From contig CM039000.1 of the NCBI GenBank assembly GCA_017499595.2, positions 434,001-498,000 on the forward strand: a stretch of 64,000 bases of DNA, in the 5' to 3' direction. Shown piece by piece: positions 14,903 through 26,920 of this stretch. Every line of letters starts with the position of its first letter. Within the stretch, counting starts at the first letter, position 1. Source of the DNA: Psilocybe cubensis. Its lineage: Eukaryota. Both the position numbers and the translations under genes were made by a program. The notes under the pieces were generated by a model that saw only the letters and a list, made by a program, of their open reading frames with translations, did not search any database and was not told where the DNA came from.

Positions 14903-15204
14903 CATAAGACAGTTTATTTATAACGTACATTACCTAAGATTTAATAATAAGGATATTACGTGAGACATGGTGGATTTACTCCCGCTACCTAATTAGGAGA
15001 TTAGCGTGATGTACGTGTGATTTATCCTGGCAAATCATAGCGTACATGACGTGCCATTTAGCACTAAATGGAGCCGCCGGGTGGCATGCGGGATCCGCGT
15101 GTCGGGCTGCACGGGAAAAACACGGGCCGCAAATGAACCGGACGGGTCCATCTACATCCCGTGTATTGCAAGCAGACGGATCCGTTTTGACCCGTGTTGT
15201 GCTG
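14903..15204 (+). repeat. Left TIR of KDZ-1 (302 bp)
   Basis: Reverse complement of 30194-30495; only two mismatches seen, both CpG/TpG transitions. Confidence 0.95.
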
Positions 15205-15297
15205 TCAGACGGACCCATTTGACCCGTGTCTTCCCAGAGAGGGAGGGTTATTTATGGGGTATTGCAAGTCAATGAGCACAAGGGCTCCAAAAATAAT

Positions 15298-16476
15298 TTA
15301 TTCATCTCTACCGGTATACAAATGCTTTTCCAAACTCGATTCAATCCCTGCCAGCCCAGCGTCAATTTCCTCCAGCACATTATAAGTCAGAATCTCTGAC
15401 TGCAGCTGATGCAGCCGGAGGTTCTTGAACGTTGTAACCTTTCCGTCATAACTACTGTCGCCGACGGAACTGTCAATTATTTGGTCGTATGTTGCCCGTA
15501 GCTGCTGCTCGGTATAATTCTAAAATAGTTGTCAGTATCTAGTGCTTGGTAATATCTGAGTACATACATATAGAAAAGGAGGGTTAAAATACGCCGTCTG
15601 ATCTGTCACATTCTCGAACTCAATGTCAGACTGGGTGGGAGGCGAACCGGGGTAGCCGCCCATGGGATCAAACCTGCCGTAGGTTCGAAAATAAGGGTTT
15701 TGAAGGAGCAGGTGGCATGCTTCAGGGGGTGGAGAATAGCGACCTTGCTTCCTCTCAGAGAAAATAGCTAGACGAGAGTCCATAATGATTTTGTCGACGA
15801 CAGACGTGTATGAAACATGTGCTGCCATCAACGGCGGAGCCGCATCATCCCGGATGACAGGCATAGGTGGAGGATCCAGGGTATCTGGAATAACAGGCAT
15901 AGGGGGAGGATCCAGGGTAGGTGGAATGACAGGCATAGGGGGAGGAGCTAGGTTATTTGGAATGATTGGCATTGGCGGCGGAGCCAAGTCGTTCCGGATG
16001 ACAGGCATTGGCGGCGGAGCCGTGTCGTTCCGGATGACAGGCATTGGCGGCGGAGCCGTGTCGTTCCGGATGACTGGCATTGGCGGCGGAGCCAGGTTAG
16101 CTGGAATGACTGGCATAGGGGGTAGAGCCAGGCTAGCTGGAATTACTGGCATTGGCGGCGGAGCCAGGTCTTTCCGGATGACTGGCATAGGGGGCGGAGC
16201 CAGGTTAGCTGGAATAACAGGCATAGGGGGTGGAGCCAGGTTAGCTGGAATTACTGGCATTGGCGGCGGAGCCAGGTCTTTCCGGATGACTGGCATAGGG
16301 GGCGGAGCCAGGTTAGATGAAATGACTGGCATAGGGGGAGGAGCCAGGTTAGCTGGAATAACAGGCATAGGGGGTGGAGCCAGGTTATCTGGAATGACTG
16401 GCATTGGCGGCGGAGCCAGGTCATCCGTCCTTGCTGTGCGTTTGCTTTCCTTAGAGTTGCTAATATTTGAAGACAT
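15298..16476 (-). CDS. KDZ-1 cargo: proline-rich repeat protein of unknown function
   Basis: ORF 15532-16476 with (LAPPPMPVIxxN/D) repeats; GT-AG intron ~15520-15568 joins a last exon NYTEQQLRATY...GRDE* ending at 15298. True start may lie further upstream. Confidence 0.6.
15825..16425. repeat. 36-bp coding minisatellite, ~16.5 copies
   Basis: Unit like ggcattggcggcggagccaggttagctggaatgact; encodes a 12-aa repeat on the minus strand. Confidence 0.95.
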
Positions 16477-16959
16477 TGCTGATGCTCAGAAATCAATTTA
16501 AATTTACTTGAATTAATGCAATTAGTCTTACATTTTATAGGTTTTACGGGAGGAGGTTCCTTCAGTTTTTCGAGAAGCCTGGTAAGATTGTTGAGACTGG
16601 TGTAGTCAATGGGGGAATTTTTGCTAGAGGTGGGAATAAAGTTGTAGGAGGACATACAGTCCAGAAAGTGCAACTGGGTGGGCTTGTTTATATATCTCAC
16701 GGAATACAATACTATCCGAGGATTCTCCATGACACGGAAATAGATTCACCCGTGTATCGAACTTAGCAACTTTTGCACAAACTGGATCTGGTGAAGAAAT
16801 CACATGACTCAGATTGTACATGTTTGTGTATGGTTTTGTTTTGCGGGACCGCTTTTTTTTAGACTTTTTTTAGACTAACTCCAACCATGATCACCACCCC
16901 ACGTTCTACCGTGCCTCACCCATTAACGCGTCTTCCCCCCCAAAAAAAACGCTTTCCCA

Positions 16960-19537
16960 ATGGCCTCTTCATCTTCCACCACCGCCACCTTCGCCCAACG
17001 CCTTGCTGACTGGGAAAAAACCTTTACAGAGTGCTACCGCAATGGCGAAAGCGCGTTCAACGCTCAGTTGGAGCAGCTCTACAGGGACTTGGTGAGTAAT
17101 CGATATCCCTTGAGCATAAGACTTACTGAACAAAAAAAATTCATCCAAATAGGTTCCACTGTGTCAAGAACACGTCAGGGACGCGGCCAACTTCCGCCTC
17201 GTGGATTATGTCGCAAGCCCTGTCGTGTATTCATACAAGACCAGCCAGGGCAAGGACGGCAAGCAGGTAGCAAGGTTCGAGATTGACTGGGCAAATTTGC
17301 ATCATCAAGTTGCAAATTTCAAGGCATACCAGCAAGGCCAGGAGGCACAGAGGAAGAGGAGGGAGGAGGAAGAGCAAGAGAAGAGGAGGGAGAAGGAGGA
17401 GCAAGAGGAGGAGGAGAGGCAGAGGGTGGAGGAGAGGAGGAAGAGGGAGGTGAGGAGGAAGAGAGAGGAGAAGAAGAAGAGGGAGGAGGAAGAGGAGAGG
17501 CAGAGGGAGGAGGAGGAGGAGAGGCAGAGGGAGGAGGAGAGGAGGAAGAGGGAGGAAGAGAAGCAGAAGGTGGAGGAGAGGAGGAAGGAGGAGAGGAGGA
17601 AGAGGGAGCAGGAGAGGAAGACCAGGGAGCAGGAGAGGCAGAAGGCGGAGGAGAGGAGGAAGAGGGAGCAGGAGCAGGAGCAGGAGACAGACGAGGAGAG
17701 GAACAAGGAGGAGACGGAGAAGAGACGGGCCGAGAAGGGCAAGGGCAAGGCAGTCGAACCCCCGGTGGAAGACGGACCCGTGACAGACGCCCACAAAGAC
17801 AAGGGCAAACGGAAAGCAGCGGACCCCGTGGAGTCCATTCAGTTGGCTCCAGCGGACTACAGGGGCCCACGGACAAGGAAGGGGGAAATCATTCCCCACA
17901 TCACCGCCTCCAACATGCCTGGTCACCCAGCGTACAGGGAGAAGCTGGAAAGATTGGCGAAGTCCAAGCAGGGGAAGTTCAGGAGCAAAGCAATCATAAG
18001 AAGCCACACGGACGAAGACGCGGACGCCGACGTCGACGAGGACGACGAAGGCGATGACCAAGAGGCCCCGCCTACCACCCCCACCCGGAAGATGCTCACC
18101 CGGTCTGCAAAGAAGGACGCCAACCAGGACAATATCCCCCCCATCAGGAAGGCGCGGTCGAGATCCGAGAAAGCGCGCCAGGTGCCGGAGGGGATGGTGG
18201 ATATGGTGGAAAGGTGCACGGGATGCACCAAATTCAAGGTGCCGTGCCATGTCAAGGGAGAGACAGGCACTGAGCCTCTCGTCCCCGTAAAGCACCAATC
18301 TTGCGAGTCTTGCAAGTCTCGCAAGATTCACTGCAGTTTCTACCCGGGACGTTTCTACCCGGGACGCAACACTGTCGCCGGGCAATTCAACCTCTCGACG
18401 CCGCTGGGAAGTTACGGGGAGGTGTTGAAGTTGGAGGAGGGAGAGGATGTTCCGGCGAAGGGGAAGGCCGGGGAAGGGTCGTTCCCTGAGGATGTGGGAG
18501 AGCTGCTTGTGCAGCTGTTTGAGCGACAAGGCCGACTGATGGAACGGATGGATGGCCTTTCCGCGTCCATGACGGCGATAAACGCACGGATTGCAACGTT
18601 TGCCGAGACAAACTTGGCGGTGGAGAAGAGGATGAAGACCGTCGAGGACAGCTTCCAAGAGCTGAAGGCCGAGTGGACCACGGCAAAAGAACAAGTGGCA
18701 GGAAACACTTCGCTTTCCGTCACGATGTTCAACAACATCAAGCAGGCGATCCAGGACGTTCAGTACGTGGTCGGGGTTTTGCTGGAGCAGGATGAACAAA
18801 GGAATCCCGCCCCCAAACAGGCAGCAGGACCCTCCAAGACGGAGGTTGAACAAGAATCGGGTCCGTCGCGGACCCGTGAACCCACCTCTGCGCCACAATC
18901 CCCCAGCCCACCACCACCGCCAGCACCCCTCCCTTCCCCACCTCCACCTCCAGCAGCACCCATTCTCCCTTCCCCTCCTCCACCACCGCCAGCACCTGTC
19001 CTCCCTTCCCCACCCCCACCTCCACCCGCACCCGTCCTCCCTGCCGTGTCTGCGCCACCAACAGCGCTATTCTTGCCCGGTTCGACTCCGGAAGCGCCTT
19101 CGCCCCCCCCAGCTGGCCGACCCTCGCTCCCACCGGTACCACCCGTCCTTTCCCTGTCTCCACCACCCCCTCTCCCAGCTCCACGTCCTCGAAGTTCGAC
19201 GTCAAAGGCCGCACCGTTGTCAAAGGGTGCACCATTGTCAAAGGCCGCGCCATCGTCATCGTCAAAGGCCGGCCCATCCTCAAAGGCTAAGCCATTGTCA
19301 AAGGCTAAGCCATCCTCCAAGGCTGGGCCATCCGGGAATGGACACTCATCGGAGTTGTCTGATCCCTCGGACAGCGACGAGGTTGAAATTGTGGAGGAGG
19401 ATGTTGAGATCGTGGCGTCCACGCTGCCCGCGTCGAACATAGCCACAAAGACAAGGGCTGGACGGAAGCGAAAGGCGGAAACGACTCTGGCTGAAGCATC
19501 GCGCTCGCCCAAAAAACCCAAGGCCCAAAAAAAGTAG
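16960..19537 (+). CDS. KDZ-1 cargo: coiled-coil protein with Zn2Cys6-like cluster and Pro-rich tail
   Basis: Exon 16960-17091, intron 17092-17152, long exon in the frame of ORF 17201-19537; E/R/K-rich helix; CTGCTKFKVPC-x18-CESCKSRKIHC six-Cys motif; second coiled coil; basic NLS-like C-terminus. Confidence 0.75.
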
Positions 19538-19802
19538 TGTATTTCAAATCTTTGTAACTTTTTTTGGTCTCCTTTTTTGCCTTGTCTCATAGATTGCATT
19601 GTACAATTTTTAATATTTGGACTGTATATAGTTTTTACTCTCATGTGCTCATCTGTTTTATATCTCTCCCAAAAAGTAGCACTTGATGATTTTTAATGAA
19701 CCCGCTTTCTGTTTTGATTTTGTGTGAAAACATGTTTGAGAAACATCAAGATAAGAATGAAAAGCATCACATTCAATAGGTATTATGAATCTACTTCAGC
19801 AG

Positions 19803-22113
19803 CTAGGCTTTCAAAGTTTTTTTTCTTTGTCTTTTACCTGCTACAACAAGCAGACTTGCTTCCTGAAGTGCTAAGGCATCCGAAGTCACATTCCTGCGGG
19901 CCCGTGTTTCATCCGTATCTGGACTTGTTACTGTCTCCACAAAGGCATCACAAGTCACGTCCCTGCCGGCCCGTGTATTATCCGTGTCTTGGGTTGTTCT
20001 TGTCTGAACTCCACTTTCTTCCACTGTGTCAAGTGGATCTGAGTAGGGCTTTGTTTTTTTCCTAGGTTGAATCCTTCTAGTTGGTTTTGGCTTAACTGGG
20101 GCCGGTACAGAACTCTCTTCATCGGGTCCGTCCATTTCCGCCGTTCCGACATATGGCTTTGTTCTTTTTCTTGGCATAATCTTTCTAGCTGGCTTGGGAG
20201 GCGCCTCCTCAACCTCTGGAGTTGGGCTGGATGATGGATTGACAATTGTTGGGCTGGATCTACTTGGTAGAGAGGGTGGCTCGCTAGATCTTGAAGGTGC
20301 GTCGGTAGGAGTCTCATCCGTCTCTGGCGTGACTTCAAATCTGGCAGTAGTGCGTGGCATCGCGGATGCCGGACTGCCCCGTCCATTATCAAACTCTGAC
20401 AGATTGGATGATTCAGAGTCGCTTGAAGATTGGGTTTGAAGTCGTATAGCTTTTTGCCTCAGGCGACGTTTGGTTATTGCTGCAGGAGGTGGAGGTATCG
20501 GGTGGGCTTCTAGGCCGTCAAACAAGTTGGACGGATAGAGAGGTTCCATAATATCATAGCCATTTCCAAAAACCTTTGAAAATTTAAAGGGGATGTCTCC
20601 TTGGGCTTGACGGTCCCTCCATAGCTTGAGAATTGCAGAGGTTGACTCCAGGCGGAGCCGGCTCGGATCCGTCACGGGGATTGAACTTGGCCAATACTCT
20701 GGATCAATCATTTCTGCAGAACGCCTTTCAAGAGCATCCCAAGGAACACTTGAACCAGGCCTGTCCTTGGCTAAAGCTGTATACATAGTTAGCAAGTTTG
20801 TTGAGGACATAGACAAATTACACACCATAAACCTTGTTCATGTAAATTCTAATAATTGACTTTTGTGCATAAGCGACTTCTCTCCCAGTTGAGCCATAGA
20901 TAGGACTAGGTACTATTGGAAATCCATTGCTGCTAAACTTGAGGGATTTTTCATGAAACGATGCATCTGGCAGTGCTGGATTGGCCACACCCTTCTCTAT
21001 TTCTGAAATGTGGACGAGGTATTGAACAAATGCTCTGTGAAAAGCGGCCAACTCGGATGGAAAGAGTTGCCCAAAGGAAGGAATTCTGACATCGTCGAGT
21101 GCTAGATCGCTTGTCTGGGTCCTTCAATGCCCATCAGTCAACATTAATACGGGCCAAATTATTCCGCCGCGAATGCTTACGGCGGAAACTTTATCCGCCG
21201 TAGGGTGTTTACGGCGGATAAAGTTTCCGCCGTAAGCATTCACGGCGGAACTTGTTCATGCCGTGTTTAACACTTACATTGAGTATTCGATTTTACCCTC
21301 AATATCATAATGCCCCTCAAAGGTAATGGACCTCATACCCATTCTCTGCCACTTAAGTTTCTCCATTTGTCGAAGTATTTTTCTGCCTTGCCTGGCAGCA
21401 GTCCTGCAGATGTCAGATTGACGGCGGAAACAAGTTCCACCGACTCACTTTGCCTTCATTGATTTTGAAACACCTTTCTTATTCCATTCCTCGAGGATCT
21501 CCATGAACCTGTCCCGCTCCTCCTGAGTCAATCTGGCCTCAACCTGCTTACGTCCTTGTTGATAAAACTTCATCCAATCTTTACTTCCACGAGCAGCATT
21601 CCCTGATAGAAGCGCAACCTCGGAGTCAATCTCTGCCGACTTCTCCTCACGGAATACCATCTGAAAGGTTATACGGGAGTTCAATCCTTCCAATTTTACA
21701 CCAATTCGATTTGATGCATGGTTTCTAAACCAATTAAATATTCGCTATTGTGATGGTTTATGTGTGTAACAAAATTTTCAAAGAAACAACGAGCTCACAT
21801 GCTTCTTCACCTTCCATTCTTTGTGTAGTTGCTTATCTTCCTTCCTAGCACGTCTAGAGTATCTGTGATCCCATGTAGCTTGCAGCTCAGGTATGACAGT
21901 GTTCTGTATGTAGTCTGCTTTGGATGACTTTGATGTATCTTTGTAGGGCTGTACATGCTTTTTCAACACGCGCATTTCCTTTGTTGTCCAAATATTTGAT
22001 TCTTCCGGCGGAAAGTCACCCTCCGCCGTCTGTCCGTTTCTGGGTCCGTTGTGGGTTGTGGCATTTGCGGTAGAAGGAAGCGGATCCGCGTCGGGGGATG
22101 CATTGGTGGGCAT
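19803..22113 (-). CDS. KDZ-1 cargo: multi-exon helical protein with possible HMG-box-like segment
   Basis: Exons WTTKEMRVLKKH..., WMKFYQQGRKQVEARLTQEERDRFMEILEEWNKKG, WQRMGMRSITF, GFPIVP, IDPEYWP...LWRDRQ; clearly homologous to 39683-42077. HMG assignment is inference from known KDZ-linked HMG genes. Confidence 0.65.
21162..21250. repeat. Intronic near-perfect hairpin (41-bp arms, 7-nt loop)
   Basis: ttccgccgcgaatgcttacggcggaaactttatccgccgta-gggtgtt-tacggcggataaagtttccgccgtaagcattcacggcggaa; one mismatch; inside intron 21122-21277 (-). Confidence 0.95.
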
Positions 22114-22992
22114 AATTGCAGTGATGTAACAAGTAGCTTATCGATGAGTATCTGTGTGATCTGGTCAAATCTCACGTCATACGGAGATAAAATAAGCTTC
22201 CGATCATACTAAATAAATGATGTGATGTCATATTTTTCCCAATCAGGTAATCCCGCTTCATCGTCGGCCACGATGATCAAAGCATGCTGGTCGCTGTCAC
22301 ATACATTGACCTCATGATTTTGCAATAGTTCCCTCTGCATTCAATCAATAAACATGGAATTTTGTAAACATTTAGCGCTTTATATAAAGATAATTTTACA
22401 AGGTTTTAAATTCTTGTCAGATGGCTGTAAAGATACAGAAACACAAAATGCAAATTCACGTCTTCTCACCCAAAACTTGTGAAACCCAAAACGGCAGTCA
22501 TCTCAGAGACCATGAGAGGTATTCAAATGCATAATTTTTTTCAAAAAATATAATGATCCCAGTGAGCTCATTTTGACACATTTTCTAGTATATTGAGAAT
22601 ATCTCCTTAAATACGAGGATTCACATTCTACAAAAAATGTCATTCGGTAGCTATTAAAAATATCTTTCATATGATATACGCCGGAGGAATGAGGGGCCAG
22701 CCAGTGAAAAGATATTTCAAAAACACTCCAAAGTGTGGTTCTGAAAGGGTCGTTCTGCATCATATTGTACATTTATGATGGGATCACGTCCATTTTGTGC
22801 ATCTCTGGATTAAGTTTTGTTCATAACATTTCACTCACTCATCCAAATATGCTGCAAGATAAGTCATATGAAAGCTATTTTTCTCCTCTTTAAAACGGCA
22901 TAATTGAGGGAAATTTATCTACAGAAATAAACATGTTATACTACATTTAGATCTGCGCTCACAGGCTATCAGACTCTTTGTTTCCAACATCC

Positions 22993-25900
22993 ATGGGCTT
23001 CAAGAAAGTACCTGATAGGGGATCGGATGAGGAGTTTCCCAATGTTCGGGAGGCCTCCTGGTCTAGTGGGGCCAAGAAACGAAAGAGAAGGCGGCCGAGG
23101 ATCCACAAACTTCCTGCAGAATCATCATCAACAAACCTCCCTCAAACAACGACTTACTCTTTCCAAAACCATGAACACAACATTCTGGAAGAAGAAATAC
23201 CTCATTATCCGGGAGATCTAACTGATCAGCAGGTACTTGATAACCTGAGACAGCTAGATGACGACAGAACGGGAGGAAAGGTATGTTTTAACATGTTTTC
23301 AGTAGAATGATCAGGATGACTTTACCTATCCAGTCTCAAAATGATTACCTGAGGGAATGGCTCCCGAAACGAGAGGTGTATCTTGGAACAATGATTGGAG
23401 GAGAAGCCCCGGATCCGGATCTGAATGGACAGTGTCAGCAATGTCAAGGAATGTCTGGAGTGTGGAGATGTTGCCAATGCTTTGGCTCTAGAATTTTGTG
23501 TTCTGAATGCCTGCGAAGAAACCATCAATTTACACCTTTCCACCGCGTTGAGAAGTGGACGGGTCTATATTTCCGTCCGGGAGCTCTGTGGGAAGTGGGT
23601 GTCAAGTTGTATTTGGGTCATAATGGGAAACGTTGTCCTTATCCCACGGATCCGAGCCACCTAGGATGGGACGGCGGAAACAATTCATCCGGGAGTCATG
23701 GGCACGGCGGAAACAATTCGCCCGTCTTTGAAGATGAACACGGATTGGACCTGGATCCGCTTCCTGCGAGCAATGACCAAGAATCCTTTACGGCTCAGCT
23801 TCTGGCGGACCCGGAGGTACCCCATTTGGTTGAGCTGGACGATGGAGACGATGAAGACGATGATCTATTCGAGGAAGTCGATACAACCTATCTGGACCAA
23901 CCTCGTCCAAAGGCAGCAGACAACAATGGAATTCCTTTCAAGGCAATTGTGCACACCTCCGGAGTCCATTATCTGCCCGTGCGAACATGCACATGCCGGT
24001 CCGTCCGCCTTCCGTCTATCGATTTACAGTATCTGGAGATGGGATTATTTGCAGCCAGCTTTGAAAACGTTCAAACTGTGTTCACAGTTGAGGTCCTTGA
24101 GGACTTTCGGATGGACAACCTCGAGTGCAAAATGTCGGCTTATCAGTATTACCAAAAGTTGCGAAGACTGACTTCGCCAGCGTTTCCAAAAAAGGTGCTG
24201 AACCGCTATCGTGAATTGAGAAGGCTTAGTAGAGAATACAGGGACCTTGTCCTGAGACGACAATACGGAGAAGGGCATACAAGAGAAGCGGTGGTCCCTT
24301 ACTATCGTCATTGCCATGATTCATCACCAGAGAGGATGGGTATTAATGTATCTGATCCAATTGACGGCGGATCTGATAGTCCGTCTCAAGAAGTCGGAAT
24401 GTCAACGGACCCGTCTCTGGGACACGGCGGATTAGATGGTCCGCCTGTACCACAAATGACGCGGACCGAGGATCATCCCGAAGTTGAAGATAGGAGAGGG
24501 AAGTTGGCCTTATTCTGCCCCGCCTGTCCACAGCCTGGAATAAACCTACCTGATAACTGGATTGATGATGCTGATAGGCAAGTTTTAGTTATTCTTCAAG
24601 GGTGACTGCAATTAACAGCAAGTAGCAATCTGTACATACGTAGTTATGTTGCAGATGGTAATTTCAAAGCAGATCACCTCAATCAGAAAAACGAGGGAGA
24701 CGATGTTTGGTTGAGCGTTGGAGAAGGATACATGACTGCTCCGGGCCCTTACAAGGAGCACATTAAGGAAGCAATTTCTCTTGCTCCACGTTATAAACGG
24801 GTGCGTTATCTACCATGATTTATCTTTCACGGCGGATGCTTACGCTCCGTGTCAAAATCTTCTACGGCGGATGCTTACTTTCCGTGTCAAAAAATATCAG
24901 GAACAAACATGTCATAACTACCACGCCCAGAAAGCTGAAAACAGAGTCAGCCCGGGTAAGAGAGTACGTGGAATTGGGGCACACGCTTGCGCTAGGCACG
25001 GATGCTTCTGTCCATCCAGCGTTGTCGATTTTGACAAAGGTGAAAAGCAGATGCACATGGATTGGTCTTTGACTCAGGCCAGGGAAACTACCAACACACA
25101 GGGAATCACAAAACATTTGGAAATCTACGATATAAACTGTCAATATTGCGTTAACTTGGCAAGGCGTCTCTCAGAGTCCACAAAAATGCATTGGCCACCT
25201 TCTGTTAAAATGATTTTTGCAATTGGTTTATTTCACGTCCACGGGCACAAGACGGAATGTCTTTACAACTATGCATCCACCTATGTCCCGGGTGTGGGAA
25301 TCATTGACGGAGAAATCCTGGAGCCGTTGTGGTCCGTGTTAAATGACACATCCCGGAGTACACGTTCCGCTACCACTGCCCATCGAGCAGAGGTTTTGGA
25401 CGACCACATGGGGGATTCCAACTGGAAGAAGACCATTAATATGGCTGCAACAATTGCTGCAAAGTTCAAACGGGCACGGGAACAGTCCGGAATCACAGAC
25501 CAATTTTATAGGGGTATCACGGATCAACAAGATTCCGGGCTCATCAACACTTGGGAAGATGAAATTTCAAAAGCAGAAGCGGACCGAGAACAAGGTGTGG
25601 CCAACGCTGTTGGCAAGGTAATGGCAAGCAAAGTGAAAACGGCTGCTGGACGCCAAGAAATTGAATTGCATCTTTCAAATATGGAACTTACATCTAATGG
25701 TGCTACTGGAAAGGCAGCATGGATATCATCCGGCTTAAAACTGGAGCAAGCGCAGTACGATTATTTCAATTGCATCCTACAGAATTTAACATGTTTTTAG
25801 ATTGGAGCTCAGGGACCATGTCAGAAAGCTCGGAAAGCATCCTTCCACCGCGCAGAAACTTGACTTGGTCAATAAACGTCGCTCCATGCGGACCCGCGTT

Positions 25901-26876
25901 GAAGCCTTCTGTCGATCCGCTATGACCTTCATGGGCGAAGATGTCTTGGAGGATATTCAAGGGGACATTGCTCCCATACTTGACTATGAAGTCAGTGACA
26001 ACGACGATCCTGATCTTGGAAATGTCAACATTACCCGCGCGGATCCGGAACGACAGCCGCTTCCGTTTCCCTCCGCCGTCAAACAAGATTTCTTTGACGG
26101 CCTTGACGCGGGAACAAACCTCATTTTAAAAGGGCTTCGCAAACTTGAACTTCAAATAAGACATGGCCACGCAGAGGACTGTCTGGAAGCGGTCCGGTCA
26201 GCCTTGATCCAGCTTTCTTGGCAGTATAAATATCAGGTTCGGACCGCCGACTCCGTCTATATGGGGACTCGTGCTTGGGATGGCGTCAAGCTTTTGAATG
26301 CTTCCTGGAAATTGCACCGGCGACTCTACAACACAAACCGTCAGAAGATGATCTATTTATCTGCTGGCGTGCGAGACGAGGATAATATTCGGAAACAATA
26401 TCCCATTCTGCAAGTCCATGATTGCAAGCATAGTAATGCCGTGTCGGATCCGAACATTCGCGGAGGAAGCTCGGACCGTCTAAGTTGGATTTGGAGATCC
26501 CGTCAGGGCCTGGACAATGATAATCAATTATACGTTAATGAGTGTGAGTACTGCCATTTGTATTTCTAATTTTTTTCTCAAAGGTTTCTTAGTCTTCAGG
26601 CTAAACTGGCTCCGCGCGCGAGCTCAGAGGAATAGATGGCAAGAGGAGCTGGCCTTGACAAAAAAGGAAATGGAATGGACTGTCAGATTTTATGTGTATA
26701 TGGCAAAGACATGGCGTGCACGGCATGATTTTGTTCCTGACAGGTTAGTTGGTCACAGGGCAAATGCTCAAAAGCAGATTGCCATGTGGAATGATCTGGG
26801 GCGGGCCGCGGATAAGGTCTTCCGTCAAATTAACCCGGAGTATCCGTCCGTGTGGAGATTTATAATTACAGATTAA
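22993..26876 (+). CDS. KDZ transposase with CxC2 cysteine cluster, apparently intact (6 exons)
   Basis: CQQC..WRCCQC..CSEC..H.FTPFHRVEKW; CxC2 region VHTSGVHY..CTC; LALFCPACPQPGINLP; ADGNFK; CARHGC; YDINCQY; FHVHGHKTEC; DGEILEPLWS; LDDHM; WLRARAQRNRWQEE. Introns 23281-23333, 24578-24625 (GC-AG), 24801-24900, 25755-25800, 26544-26592 keep the frame. Confidence 0.92.
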
Positions 26877-26920
26877 CCAGTTCTTTGAACATTCTTGTTG
26901 TATCTCATCTTGTTGAATTC

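Noticed and set aside
14985-15275. Duplicated small ORFs (also 30122-30413)
   Set aside because: They are the two TIR copies; no coding evidence.
17231-19644. Long antisense ORFs (555 aa, 294 aa and others)
   Set aside because: Shadows of the low-complexity plus-strand Zn-cluster gene.
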